Source: Gammaproteobacteria bacterium
GTDB taxonomy: Bacteria > Pseudomonadota > Gammaproteobacteria > Eutrophobiales > Eutrophobiaceae
DNA: 64,000 nt
Reading direction: 5' to 3'
Assembly: GCA_963422205.2 (NCBI GenBank)
Contig: CAXMWX010000012.1
Span: forward strand, 64,001 to 128,000
Under the pieces are notes generated by a model. The model saw only the letters and a list, made by a program, of their open reading frames with translations. It was not told the origin of the DNA and made no database searches. The position numbers were made by a program, and so were the translations under genes. Positions 10,110-20,799 of the stretch are shown one piece after another (position 1 is the first letter of the stretch; each line of letters begins with the position of its first letter).

Positions 10110-11087
10110 CTAATATCCCTGGTAATTAATATACACGTCAGTCAGCACCTCATCGACATCGGGCGGTGGTGCTGCTTTTGCTTCAGCTACGGCCTTGTCG
10201 ATTAAGGCCAGCACTTCATCATCTATCTGCTCCAGTTCTGTGTCCTCCAGCAGCTTGTCGGTGGTAACCCGGCGATGGAAGTTAGTCAGGCAGTTCATAC
10301 TCTGACGAAAATTCGCTACCTCATCTTGTGCGCGATATTTCTGCGGATCCCCTTCGAAGTGACCATAGTAGCGCGTGATCCTGCATTCCAATGCCCTCGG
10401 GCCATTGCCCTGGCGTGCCTGCCCGATCGCCTTGCCAGCGGCCTCATACACAGCAAAAAAATCCGCCCCATCGACAACCTGTGTTGGAATGCCAAAGCCT
10501 TCAACCCGCCTGGCAATGGACTCAGCCCCGACGGCATAACCAGCCCCGGTATGTTCGCTATAGCCATTATCTTCAAAGATAAACACCGTCGGCAGCTTTA
10601 ACACCACCGCCATGTTCATGGCTTCAAATACAGTCCCCTGATTACTGCCACCATCACCCGTGAATGAGACAGTGACTTTATTTTTGCCTTGAGATTTGGT
10701 GGCGATTGCTGCCCCGACAGCGATGGGCGGCCCGCCACCGACAATGGCATTGGCGCCCAACATGCCCTTATCAAAATCGGCAATGTGCATGGAGCCGCCT
10801 TTACCTTTGCACAGGCCATCGGCACGGCCATAGATCTCCTGCATCATACCGATAACATCACAGCCCTTGGCTATGCAATGCCCATGACCCCGATGCGTAC
10901 TGACAATGTAATCATCATCATCGAGATGTTCGCAAACCCCGACGGCAATGGCTTCCTGGCCAGCATACAGGTGTGTGAAGCCAGGAATCTCGCCGGTTTG
11001 GATCTCCAGATGCAGACGCTCCTCAAACTCACGAATGGTTCTCATCTGCTTATAGGCTTGCAGCAGCTGTGCTTTGCTGAGGTTCAA
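10110..11087 (-). CDS. acoA: TPP-dependent acetoin dehydrogenase-like E1 alpha subunit
   Basis: GEIPGFTHLYAGQEA, STHRGHGHCIAKG, GDG.SNQG, RYYGHFEGD. Confidence 0.88.
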   Translation of the reverse strand: MNLSKAQLLQAYKQMRTIREFEERLHLEIQTGEIPGFTHLYAGQEAIAVGVCEHLDDDDYIVSTHRGHGHCIAKGCDVIGMMQEIYGRADGLCKGKGGSMHIADFDKGMLGANAIVGGGPPIAVGAAIATKSQGKNKVTVSFTGDGGSNQGTVFEAMNMAVVLKLPTVFIFEDNGYSEHTGAGYAVGAESIARRVEGFGIPTQVVDGADFFAVYEAAGKAIGQARQGNGPRALECRITRYYGHFEGDPQKYRAQDEVANFRQSMNCLTNFHRRVTTDKLLEDTELEQIDDEVLALIDKAVAEAKAAPPPDVDEVLTDVYINYQGY

Positions 11088-11097
11088 TGTGACTTAT

Positions 11098-12423
11098 CTA
11101 CATGTCTGCCGGTTTCTTGGCTTCGCCATAAATATAATCATCCAGCACTTTATGAAAATGGCGAATGCGTAACTCCTGATCACCGATCCAGAGACCGCGA
11201 TACCCGCGTGAATTCATCCCCGCCTGTACGCCCGGCAGATTTTCTGCATCCTGCCGTATGACCAGATGCGTTTTTTTCTCGCCGTGGATAAATTGATCGT
11301 GTTCCGGGCGCTCTGTCGGCCACTCCTCACCATCCGGAATCAGTTCAAACATCCAGAGATCGAAATACATCCTGTTTGGATCGGTGGCATGTGGGCGCTG
11401 GCGGAATAGCCACAGATCATCGGCGTGTACGTTCATGGTAACATTCGGAAAGAGCATGTAATGATAATCATCGGTCAACTGCTCATCGTGCAAGCTGGAA
11501 TAATCCCTGCCCTGTTCAGCGCCATGTTCACGTTTCCATTTTTGCAGATCGCGGCGTACATCCCGGGTTTTACCTTCATAATCGGCTGGTTCCATACCGG
11601 CTTCCAGCATCAGTTGTTTGATGCCAGGCGGTATTTCCGGCGGCATACGCACGCGCGGACTGAGCGTGGCGAATGGAATCAGATAACGGCTGTGCTTGTC
11701 ATAGCAGTCTATCTGTATGTTTTTATCGTCCAGATGATACAGCAGTTGTGGATGTATGCCCTGGACATGATAGGTTTCATTGAAGGCATCGACAGAGGTC
11801 TTCCAGTTACAATGCCATTCAATGGTCACGTCTTCTTTCAAAGCCATGGCACCGAAATTATAAGGATCCAGGTGGCCGGGAATCATGTCCAGGTAATCCT
11901 TTAAAGGCTCAATATGCGGGTTGAGACTGAAGAACACAAAGCCACCCCAGGTATCGCAGGGTATTTCTGTCAGACCGCTGCACGGCGGCCTGCCCTGCGG
12001 GAAGGTCTCCTCATCGGGTATGCGCTTAAAGCTGCCATCCAGGTTATATTCCCAGTGATGATATGCACACTGAAATGACTCCGCATGACCCATACCTGTT
12101 GGCCGTAAACGGTTACCGCGGTGCTGGCATACATTATAAAACGCCTTGACAGACTGATCGGCCTGCCGTACCAGGAGAATGGATTCCAGCCCTATCGCAG
12201 TAACGAGGTAGTCCCCTGATGCTTTGAGATCGGTTTCAAGACCGCCTAACAGCCACACCTTGGTCCACATACGTTCCCATTCCAGTTGCATAAATTCCGT
12301 GGAGGTGTAGCGCTCCTTGGCTATAGTATGACTGCCCAGTTCCGGGTCGGGCTGCTTTTCCAGCGGGGTTTTTGGTATGGGTTGTCTTTGCATGGGGATG
12401 ACGTTGTCTTTGTTTGTAATCAT
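11098..12423 (-). CDS. Rieske non-heme iron oxygenase alpha subunit
   Basis: CQH...CAYH Rieske motif; ETYH..GIH and QD mononuclear Fe ligands. Confidence 0.92.
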   Translation of the reverse strand: MITNKDNVIPMQRQPIPKTPLEKQPDPELGSHTIAKERYTSTEFMQLEWERMWTKVWLLGGLETDLKASGDYLVTAIGLESILLVRQADQSVKAFYNVCQHRGNRLRPTGMGHAESFQCAYHHWEYNLDGSFKRIPDEETFPQGRPPCSGLTEIPCDTWGGFVFFSLNPHIEPLKDYLDMIPGHLDPYNFGAMALKEDVTIEWHCNWKTSVDAFNETYHVQGIHPQLLYHLDDKNIQIDCYDKHSRYLIPFATLSPRVRMPPEIPPGIKQLMLEAGMEPADYEGKTRDVRRDLQKWKREHGAEQGRDYSSLHDEQLTDDYHYMLFPNVTMNVHADDLWLFRQRPHATDPNRMYFDLWMFELIPDGEEWPTERPEHDQFIHGEKKTHLVIRQDAENLPGVQAGMNSRGYRGLWIGDQELRIRHFHKVLDDYIYGEAKKPADM

Positions 12424-12441
12424 CCTGATGTCATCCTATTA

Positions 12442-13203
12442 CTAGAGTTGTACCCGCTTGGTATAACCGTTATCCACGATCAGGTTAATACCAGTGATGC
12501 CAGAACCGGCCGGGCTGACCACAAATGCAACTGTTCTGGCTATCTCATCCGGTGTTACCATTCTGCCAACCGGAATTTTTCGCAGCGTGCTGTCAAAGAA
12601 CTTCCTGTTGCTGGTCTTAATCATCTCCCAGGCACCGCCCTCAAAGTAAACCGGCCCAGGGCACACGCAATTCACGCGGATATTCTCTTTGCCGACAAAC
12701 TGGCTGAGTTGTTTTGCATAATTAACCAGAGCGGCCTTCATGGCGTTATAAGCCATAGGGCCACCGAAGGACTCTACGGCGTTGGTACTGGTAATAAAGA
12801 CAATAGAACCACCACCGTCCTCCTGCATTTTCGGCATCAATTCCTCACAACCACGCACTGTGTGCAACACATCAATTTCGAAGTTACGCCACCAGTTGCG
12901 CTCGGATTCCATACCGGCGCCACCACTGACATTGGCGATAAAAATATCAGCACCGCCCAGCGCTTCAGCAGCTTCCGAAAGCCAGGCCCTGTATTCATCT
13001 GCATCACGCACATTAACGGATTTACCGAAAACGGCTACGCCTTTACCCTCCAGGGCGTTGATGGTCTCATTTACCGCCTCATCATCACGGGCACAAAAAC
13101 CGATGTCGACTTTCTCTTTAGCCAGCAACTCAACGATTGCTCGGCCGATGCCGCGTGTGGCACCCGTGACGATGGCTTTTTTGCCACGTAAACCTAGCTC
13201 CAT
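12442..13203 (-). CDS. SDR family oxidoreductase
   Basis: TGATRGIG; YNAMK. Confidence 0.92.
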   Translation of the reverse strand: MELGLRGKKAIVTGATRGIGRAIVELLAKEKVDIGFCARDDEAVNETINALEGKGVAVFGKSVNVRDADEYRAWLSEAAEALGGADIFIANVSGGAGMESERNWWRNFEIDVLHTVRGCEELMPKMQEDGGGSIVFITSTNAVESFGGPMAYNAMKAALVNYAKQLSQFVGKENIRVNCVCPGPVYFEGGAWEMIKTSNRKFFDSTLRKIPVGRMVTPDEIARTVAFVVSPAGSGITGINLIVDNGYTKRVQL

Positions 13204-13374
13204 TGTTCTACCCTCATCATTGGTTTTATCTGGGGTCAGTATGACCGAGGTGTATTGGTTCTGGTGCCGTTGCCTCGTCTCATACCGCCTGCGTGTTTTT
13301 GCCGAATGGGTGTTATTTCACCAGCTTGAGCGAGTTTCAAGCAGTTATGACAAGTATATCTCACAGCGACTATA

Positions 13375-13400
13375 AAATAAACAGTCATGACTGTTTATTT
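13375..13400. promoter_or_regulatory. Perfect 26-bp palindrome, candidate TetR operator within minus-strand promoter
   Basis: AAATAAACAGTCATGACTGTTTATTT; minus strand TAAACA-N17-TATAGT overlaps it. Confidence 0.75.
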
Positions 13401-13435
13401 ATTCATGCCGTGTCTTGTAAGGCAAATGCCGAGAA

Positions 13436-14185
13436 TCACTGGATGGACAAGGCATTATCGATAATCAGCTCACTGCCATTGATGAATGTCGACTCATCAC
13501 TGGCCAGATACAGGACCAGGTTAGCGACATCCGCCGGCTCACCGACCCCGACCGGATCATCATCACCCGGCGGCGGCACACCTAACTCGGCCGCGGCCTG
13601 CACAATCATAGGCGTATTGATGGAGCTGGCATGGATAGAGTTGCAACGGATAGCGTACTGATTCATCTGGCAGTATACCGCGATGGATTTGGTCATCGCC
13701 CGTACCGCCCCCTTGGCTGCGGTATAAGCAAAGAATGCCGGGTATCCCAGATGCGAAGCGATTGAAGACATATTGATGATAGAGCCGCCGCCGCTTTTGT
13801 TGATCAGGGGGATAGCGTATTTACAACCCAGGAATACGCCTTCACTCATGATCGAATTGGCCTGGCGAAATTGTGCCAGCGTGGTTTGCGCCAAAGTGGC
13901 AACGATAACGATACCCGCGTTGTTTACCAACACATTCAGGCCGCCGTAGCGTTTTTCAACAGCTGCCAGGGTCTCAATCCATTGCTGCTCATCGCTGACA
14001 TCCTGCTGCAGGAACACAGCTTCCCCACCAGCCGCCCTGATGTCCGCGGCAACCTGCTCGCCAGCATCATTGATATCGGTGAGGGCGACTTTTGCTCCTT
14101 CTCTGGCCAGCAATTCTGCATCCGCCTTGCCCAGACCGGAAGCACCACCGGTCACCAGGATCACTTTCCCATCAACACGACCCAT
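13436..14185 (-). CDS. SDR family oxidoreductase (3beta/17beta-HSD-like)
   Basis: TGGASGLG, NNAG, YTAAK, IRCNSIH. Confidence 0.9.
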   Translation of the reverse strand: MGRVDGKVILVTGGASGLGKADAELLAREGAKVALTDINDAGEQVAADIRAAGGEAVFLQQDVSDEQQWIETLAAVEKRYGGLNVLVNNAGIVIVATLAQTTLAQFRQANSIMSEGVFLGCKYAIPLINKSGGGSIINMSSIASHLGYPAFFAYTAAKGAVRAMTKSIAVYCQMNQYAIRCNSIHASSINTPMIVQAAAELGVPPPGDDDPVGVGEPADVANLVLYLASDESTFINGSELIIDNALSIQ

Positions 14186-14316
14186 TTATTCACCCCGGTA
14201 CGTCTTGTTTGTCGTTTTGTTCGTCATCAGTTGAACTATGAATTGCCAATGTATCGCTTGTCAGCCTGTAACTCAACAGGTATAAAACGGCTATCGCCTG
14301 TAAGGAGAAGCGGCAC

Positions 14317-14973
14317 TTGGAGACACCAAAGATAAAAAACGTCGAGGGCAGCGCACCGAAAGGGCCGGGCGATGTGGGTTGGCAAGCCCATAAAAGCTCC
14401 ACCACCCGAGAGCAGATACTGGATGCGGCCATCAGGTGCATCGTGCAATGGGGGTATGCCAGTACCACCACCACAAAAATTGCCGAGGTTGCCGGGCTTT
14501 CGCGCGGTGCCACACTGCATCATTTTCCTGCACGCATGGATATCATCCGGGCGGCGGTCGATCACCTGCATCAAAAGCGCCTGCGCGCATTTCGTAAATC
14601 CATTGCTACCATTCCCGATGATGCTGATCGGGTAAAGAAGGCGGTTGAGTCGTACTGGGCACATGTTACCCACCCGATATTTGTCGCTTTTTTTGAATTA
14701 TCAGTCGCCGCGCGCAGTGACAAGGAACTGGAGGCTATTCTACGGCCGGCCCAGAAGGCATTTGATGCGGAATGGTACCAAACCGCCCAGGAACTTTACC
14801 CGGAGTGGCAATCAGACAAGCAGGCCTTTGATCTGGCACTGAACCTGACGCAAAAACTCATGGAAGGCATGGCCATCAGTCATTTAACGCATTCACGGGA
14901 AGACAGCGAACAGATCTTGCTGGCTTACCTCGAAGATTGTATTCGCAGTCTCGCACCAAAAGAATTGCAATAA
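14317..14973 (+). CDS. TetR/AcrR family transcriptional regulator
   Basis: ILDAAI...GY..TT...IAEVAGLSRGA.LHHF HTH. Confidence 0.93.
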   Translation: METPKIKNVEGSAPKGPGDVGWQAHKSSTTREQILDAAIRCIVQWGYASTTTTKIAEVAGLSRGATLHHFPARMDIIRAAVDHLHQKRLRAFRKSIATIPDDADRVKKAVESYWAHVTHPIFVAFFELSVAARSDKELEAILRPAQKAFDAEWYQTAQELYPEWQSDKQAFDLALNLTQKLMEGMAISHLTHSREDSEQILLAYLEDCIRSLAPKELQ

Positions 14974-15000
14974 CAGAGAAGGCTTTACTTGCGGGAATAA

Positions 15001-15477
15001 TCAACACGCCGGGGATCCCCTGGTGCCTTTCCTGAGTTCAATCAAGTTGGTACTCTTGCAGCACCAGATAACGGCATCCGTCTGGTCCAGTAACAGGTAC
15101 TCAAATATCACCACGCCACGGGTTGGGTCTTTTTCAGAGAGCCGCTTGTCAAGACACATCGCCCTGGCATAGACCGTATCACCAGAGCGCAGCGCCCTGG
15201 GAAACTTCACCTCATCCCAGGCAACGCCGCAGATCCAGGCGATATCATGGGCGATTTCATGATCCAGACGACGCCATATCGCCATGATGTGAATCCCCGA
15301 TGCAATCACCTCTCCGAAACGAGATGTCCTGGCTGCCGCCTCATCGGCATGGAAATATTGCGGATCATAAGTCTGCGCGAATTTGAGGATCTCCTCACGG
15401 GTCACGGTGTAGTGAGAAGAACGTCTGCTCTCCCCTATCTGTATGTCTTCATAATAGCGCTTTGTGGTAACTGGCAC
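15001..15477 (-). CDS. MaoC-like (hot-dog fold) dehydratase
   Basis: FA..YDPQYFH.D, IASG.H motifs. Confidence 0.88.
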   Translation of the reverse strand: MPVTTKRYYEDIQIGESRRSSHYTVTREEILKFAQTYDPQYFHADEAAARTSRFGEVIASGIHIMAIWRRLDHEIAHDIAWICGVAWDEVKFPRALRSGDTVYARAMCLDKRLSEKDPTRGVVIFEYLLLDQTDAVIWCCKSTNLIELRKGTRGSPAC

Positions 15478-15958
15478 GGTGAATACCTTGGAAGATCACG
15501 GCCACACATAACAGCGATGGCCCACATCGCCGCCGCCTATGGCCACATAAAAGTGGTATGTATAATAAATATTTACAAGCAGAAATGACAGCATCGTCTT
15601 AGTTTTAAGACAGCAACCTTGGATAGTGTCTATACAACCTTGTCTGCTCACAAAGTCCTTTAACATTCCCGCCAGTGGAGTAATGTTCAACCTGTCATAT
15701 AACTGTTTCAATATTGTATAATTATTGTAAAAATATAGTATGGTTGTTGTAACAACATGCACATATCATCTGCACACTCAGGAATACATGCAGATGATAG
15801 AGAAAAAGAACACCACCGATGCACCGATTCACTGTGTGTTCGGGGTTGAGTGTGCCGACAGGCAACCGGGGGTTGGCCTTTAACATGACTGATATCACAT
15901 TGGGGATATGCCTGGGATTGTAACATGCTGATTTTCAAATAATGCACCATATATTAAC

Positions 15959-17902
15959 ATGATGACTGCCATTAATTTTATTTCCAGAACGTTCATCAAG
16001 CTGAAATCGATCTTCATGCTGGCATCAGTGGTGATCGGATTTATCATTATCGGACTGACCTTCCGCTCTGTGCTTGTCATAGGCGAAGAAGCACAGGGCA
16101 ACAGTATGGCTGTTTTTGAGCGTTCTCTGTTGTTAAATGAAATTGAGATAGCCCTGCTGAAGGCAAAAGCCGCCGACAGCGACTACCTTCGTACCCATGA
16201 CCCGATGTATATCACGCTGCATGAGAACAACATGCAGCAGGCTTACGCTCTCATTGAAAAACTAAAAGCGAATATTGCTGCTGATGAGCAACTCAGTGCC
16301 GAGATACAGCAGATCAACAACATGCTGGAGAGATACAGCGATGGTTTTAATTTTATCGTCAGTGCCCGGGACAGCCGTGATGCGATGCTTGAGCAATTCA
16401 GCCAGGTTGCCATGGAGATGGAAAACAGCACGAATAAAACAGCAAGCCCTGTGCTCATCAATTCGATGTTAAAGATGCGCCGTTATGAAAAAGAATTCTT
16501 GGCAACGAACAATCTACGTTATGCGATTGATATGAATAACGAGGCCAAGCAGTTTGGCCTGCTGCTGTTTGATGCATCGTTAAGTGATGAGGACTCCACA
16601 CACTTATCACGCCTGGCTAACCAGTATAATGTTGATTTTTTAGGTTTGACGAATGGCACCAAAGCATTAAACGACCGGATTGCCGAGTTTCATCAGGTGG
16701 TGAAAAACATCGTGCCTTTGTTTGACAGTTTACGTACAGCAACACGCCAATCCTACTTCGCCGGAATCACCGACAGCAAGCAGATGATCCAGGACGTCAA
16801 TACATTTTTTATCCTGACATTTGCCGCCGTGGCTACTGTATTGATCATCATGCTGCTGTCCATGCTGAGGCAGGTGAGTCATGTTTTCAGCAGAACGATG
16901 AATATGATTGGCGAGATAAGCACTGGTGATCTGACACAAAACTATATACTTGGTGCAGCCAGGGATGAGATCAACACGATCATCAAGGCACTGACCAGAA
17001 TGCAGAAAAAGCTGACCTCGGTCATTCTTAACATCAGGGGCGGTGCGGATACAGTCTCTGATTTTTTGATGGGTATGAGACAGGATAATCAGCACTTGAG
17101 TCAACGCATGCAGCAACAGGCATCCAGCCTTGAGGATATCGCCTCCAGCATGGAGGAGATGACGACCACCGTCAGCAATAATGCACACAGTGCCCAGCGG
17201 GCAAGCCAGTCGGCAAAAACAGCTTATGAGAAAGCGGTGTTAGGCAGTGAAGTGGTCGAGCGGGCGATACTCGCCATGCAGGAAATCGATACCGCCAGCA
17301 GTGATATTGCCGAGATCATATCTGTGATCGACTCCATTGCATTTCAAACCAATCTGCTGGCCTTAAATGCCGCCGTTGAGGCCGCTCATGCAGGTGAGCA
17401 AGGCAAGGGGTTTGCTGTTGTGGCGGGTGAAGTACGTAACCTGGCGGCCAGCTGTAAAACCGCAGCGAAGGAGATCGAGACCTTGATCGCAAGCAGTGTT
17501 GCCAGAATTGAAAATGGTCGTCAGCTGGTGGATGAGTCCAGCGGTATTTTCGAAGAGATAATGCTTTCAGCCGAGCAGGTCAGTGATGTCATCGCCGGTA
17601 TCGCCAGTTCCAGCCAGCAGCAGTCCGAGGGGATTACCCAGGTCAGCCTGTCGCTGCAACATGTGGACGAATTGGTACAACAAAATGTATTGCTGGTAGA
17701 GAAAGCGGCATCAGCCAGCGAAGAGGTGAGCATACAGGGGCATGAGCTTCGTTGTCTGCTGGATTATTTCACCATTAATGATGAGACAGACACAAGCACA
17801 AATGAAGCAGAGACAAAACATGTACCGGAGGTTGTCATTCAACCCGAGGAGCAAATGCCTCACCTGATTAATCGCCAGTTAGCTGTTGCCGAACGGTTCT
17901 GA
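15959..17902 (+). CDS. Methyl-accepting chemotaxis protein
   Basis: Two TM helices, [36 protein letters not shown] signalling hairpin. Confidence 0.95.
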   Translation: MMTAINFISRTFIKLKSIFMLASVVIGFIIIGLTFRSVLVIGEEAQGNSMAVFERSLLLNEIEIALLKAKAADSDYLRTHDPMYITLHENNMQQAYALIEKLKANIAADEQLSAEIQQINNMLERYSDGFNFIVSARDSRDAMLEQFSQVAMEMENSTNKTASPVLINSMLKMRRYEKEFLATNNLRYAIDMNNEAKQFGLLLFDASLSDEDSTHLSRLANQYNVDFLGLTNGTKALNDRIAEFHQVVKNIVPLFDSLRTATRQSYFAGITDSKQMIQDVNTFFILTFAAVATVLIIMLLSMLRQVSHVFSRTMNMIGEISTGDLTQNYILGAARDEINTIIKALTRMQKKLTSVILNIRGGADTVSDFLMGMRQDNQHLSQRMQQQASSLEDIASSMEEMTTTVSNNAHSAQRASQSAKTAYEKAVLGSEVVERAILAMQEIDTASSDIAEIISVIDSIAFQTNLLALNAAVEAAHAGEQGKGFAVVAGEVRNLAASCKTAAKEIETLIASSVARIENGRQLVDESSGIFEEIMLSAEQVSDVIAGIASSSQQQSEGITQVSLSLQHVDELVQQNVLLVEKAASASEEVSIQGHELRCLLDYFTINDETDTSTNEAETKHVPEVVIQPEEQMPHLINRQLAVAERF

Positions 17903-18014
17903 AACCGCCGGTAAGGAACGGAATACGCTTCGCCCTGCCGGTGGCTTTATCTCCCACAAAACAAGCGGGCTGGTGAGAGGATAAAAATACATGATGCGGA
18001 GAGGGCTTGGACCC

Positions 18015-18311
18015 CTACGCAATCCAGTCAAAAAACTGCAAATCCATCTCTTCTGCCAGGCATTCCAGGATAGGTGGGACCAAGCGGTCATGAAACGCTG
18101 TCTGCTGATGATACTCAAATGCCGCCTCATTTTTAAAACGACCATAGACCACATACGTCTGCGGCTTGTCACGATGACGTATGACATCATAAACCAGCGT
18201 CTCTGGTTCGCTTTCGTGGGTGAGTGCGGCGAGCTCTTGCTGTAATTTTTCAAAATCTTTTGCTTTGCCTTCTGCTACAACCAGTTTTGCTATAAATGCA
18301 GTCAAAATCAA
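18015..18311 (-). CDS. Antibiotic biosynthesis monooxygenase (ABM) family protein
   Basis: EPETLVY, AFEYHQQT.FH dimeric barrel pattern. Confidence 0.8.
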   Translation of the reverse strand: MILTAFIAKLVVAEGKAKDFEKLQQELAALTHESEPETLVYDVIRHRDKPQTYVVYGRFKNEAAFEYHQQTAFHDRLVPPILECLAEEMDLQFFDWIA

Positions 18312-19969
18312 TCCTCCTGTTCCAGCCCCAGTTCTTTTATCATCTGATCCTGTAATCTAAACTTCTGTATCTTGGTTGATGACATCGGCCACTCACTAAC
18401 GAACTTGACATGCCGTGGCACCTTAAAGCCGGCCATCCTGTCTTTACAGAAATCGATCAGCGCATCTTCAGTCGTTTCGATGTCGGTGTTACATTCGACA
18501 AAAGCGGCCGCCACCTGCTGTAGCCTGGCATCAGGTATACCGACCACCTGTGCCAGCTTCACCGCCGGGTGTTGTTGCAGGCAAGCCTCTATCTCAACCG
18601 CAGCAACATTCTCACCGCCGACTTTTAACATGTCTTTTAATCTGCCATGAAACAGCAACTGGCCGTGTTCATTGACAGAGCAGATATCACCCGAATGAAA
18701 CCAGCCCGCATCATCCAGTACCTCAGCCGTTTTCTCCGGTGCCCTGTAATACTCATTAAAAATGCTGTTACCACGTATCCAGGTATCCCCCTGCTCATTA
18801 ACGCCCCGTCTCTCGCCTGTCTCAGGATCCATGATCTTCACTTCGATGCCAGGCAGTGGCGTGCCTAAATGGGTAAAACGTTGTTCACGGCTGTCATCAA
18901 GCTGACTGGTGGAGACGGTGCCCGATGCTTCGGTCATGCCGAAGGTACCGACAAATATCGTATCAGGCATAGCCCTCTCCATCGTCTCGGCAACAAACGC
19001 TGGCTGTACTGCGAAGTTGGCATTCATCAATTTAATACGGGATAAATCGGTGCTTTGAAAATCCGAATGATTAACGAGATCGGACATGATGGTCCAAAAG
19101 CAGGGGTAAGTCGCTGTGACTTTTTCCGCCTCCAGCATCCGCAGTGCCTCACCTGCTTCAAATCGTGGCGTGGTGACATAAGTCCCACCGACCCCAAAGA
19201 TAGTCACCATGGGCAAGATAGCGGCGATATGAAACATCGGTAAGGGCGCCCAGAGACTGTCCTCGTGACTTAACTCATACCGCCGCCCCAGGGCACTGCT
19301 GTTACGCACTAAGGATTCATGGGAAATCATGCAGCCTTTAGGGTGTGAGGTGGTACCAGAAGTATACATAATCACTGCCGTACTACCCAGACGGGTTTGA
19401 ATACGACGTAGATGAACTTCATCCTCAGCAATCTCTGCTTTAAGTGAGTCCAACTGTTTTTCAGTCAACATGCCTGACGAGCTGGAGTCACCGTAGACGA
19501 TGATATTTTTAAGTCGGGGTGCTGTGGCCAAAGTGAGCCTATAAGGCTCTTCGTTGTCTTTTAGATCAGGGAAAGCCGCATGTATTCTTGCTACATAATT
19601 GACTGTCTCATCAAACTCATCTGAGGTAATCAGTGCAACCAGATCCGCATTCTCCGTAACATAGGCGATCTCCGGCGGTCTGTAGCGGGCATTAATCGGC
19701 ACGGTCACAGCACCTAACATCGCAATAGCGAACAGGGTATCGACAAAATTCAGACAGGTGGGCAATAACAAACCGACGTGATCACCCGGTTCGATCCCTA
19801 AGGCCCTCAATGTTCTTGCTCTGGCAAGGGCGCGATCCCTCAAGGCCGCATAGGTTATGCGCTTATCAGGTAACACAATGGCATCGGTTTCAGGATAATT
19901 ATCTGCGGCAATCATCAACAAATCGCCGAGAGTTGTCGCCCTTACTCTTTCCTTCGAAAGTGTGCTCAT
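18308..19969 (-). CDS. Acyl-CoA synthetase (AMP-binding)
   Basis: YTSGTTSHPKG, FGMTE, SGD, GRLKDMLKVGGENV, KIQK. Confidence 0.93.
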   Translation of the reverse strand: MSTLSKERVRATTLGDLLMIAADNYPETDAIVLPDKRITYAALRDRALARARTLRALGIEPGDHVGLLLPTCLNFVDTLFAIAMLGAVTVPINARYRPPEIAYVTENADLVALITSDEFDETVNYVARIHAAFPDLKDNEEPYRLTLATAPRLKNIIVYGDSSSSGMLTEKQLDSLKAEIAEDEVHLRRIQTRLGSTAVIMYTSGTTSHPKGCMISHESLVRNSSALGRRYELSHEDSLWAPLPMFHIAAILPMVTIFGVGGTYVTTPRFEAGEALRMLEAEKVTATYPCFWTIMSDLVNHSDFQSTDLSRIKLMNANFAVQPAFVAETMERAMPDTIFVGTFGMTEASGTVSTSQLDDSREQRFTHLGTPLPGIEVKIMDPETGERRGVNEQGDTWIRGNSIFNEYYRAPEKTAEVLDDAGWFHSGDICSVNEHGQLLFHGRLKDMLKVGGENVAAVEIEACLQQHPAVKLAQVVGIPDARLQQVAAAFVECNTDIETTEDALIDFCKDRMAGFKVPRHVKFVSEWPMSSTKIQKFRLQDQMIKELGLEQED

Positions 19970-19992
19970 CTGCTGCTAGTTTCGTTCAATTC

Positions 19993-20283
19993 TTATTCCA
20001 AAGGATCCAAATATTCACGAATATACGTCCCATCCAGACAGTCGATCAGACCGGGGGCAAGCCGCTTGAAGTGGGCACTATGACGATGCGCCTCTTCTGC
20101 GGCCTCATCAATAAATGACTCGATCACGGCAAAGCCCCGCTCTGCTTCACGCAAACGATAAAACTGATAGCACCGGGTATCAGGCTCATTCGCCAGCACC
20201 TCTTCAGTCAACGCTTTAGCCAGGCGTATAAAATCACTCTCCCTGCCTGGTTTTACTTTCATTCTGGCAACAAATGTCAGCAT
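19993..20283 (-). CDS. ABM family / putative quinol monooxygenase
   Basis: VKPGRE..F, NEP....Y, E.F.DEAA..AH..S.HF. Confidence 0.8.
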   Translation of the reverse strand: MLTFVARMKVKPGRESDFIRLAKALTEEVLANEPDTRCYQFYRLREAERGFAVIESFIDEAAEEAHRHSAHFKRLAPGLIDCLDGTYIREYLDPLE

Positions 20284-20341
20284 TTTCCTGCCCCTGAAAT
20301 TACAGTATGCTGTCGATACTACCACTGGCATTTTTATAAAG

Positions 20342-20359
20342 AAACAGGCAGCCCTGTTT
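20342..20359. promoter_or_regulatory. Candidate TetR operator copy in divergent promoter
   Basis: AAACAGGCAGCCCTGTTT, similar to AAACAGTCATGACTGTTT. Confidence 0.55.
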
Positions 20360-20422
20360 TTTAGCCGGTCACTCATGTTAGTATCTTAAATCATAGATTA
20401 CATACCAAAAGGCGTTTCAGGC

Positions 20423-20743
20423 GTGAGTGATGATCATTTTATCAGCGTAGCAAACAGCAGGGAAATACAAGCAAACAAGGTCTATTGTTTTAATATCAAC
20501 GACACCGCGATTTTGCTGTGCAAGGTCAACGATGAGTACTATGCAGTACATAACAAATGCACCCATGCCGATGCCACTTTTGATAAAGGCCGCCTGCGCT
20601 CCCATAAACTCCTCTGTCCACTTCATGGTGCGATATTTGATGTACGTGACGGCAGTGTGCTGAGCCCACCGGCCTTCCAGGCCCTGCAGACTTACGAGGT
20701 AATAACAGATGGGGCTAAAATAAAAGTCAAAATAGCTGATTGA
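20423..20743 (+). CDS. Rieske [2Fe-2S] ferredoxin
   Basis: CTH...CPLHGA.FD. Confidence 0.92.
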   Translation: MSDDHFISVANSREIQANKVYCFNINDTAILLCKVNDEYYAVHNKCTHADATFDKGRLRSHKLLCPLHGAIFDVRDGSVLSPPAFQALQTYEVITDGAKIKVKIAD

Positions 20744-20799
20744 TTGTTAATTGCAGGCAGGCCGCATGGCGACACTGAAGCGTATAGGGATGTATGATA

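Noticed and set aside
12286-13191. Long antisense ORFs (also 28268-29353, 29868-30617, 50054-50803)
   Set aside because: Shadows of well-supported genes on the opposite strand in GC-rich DNA.
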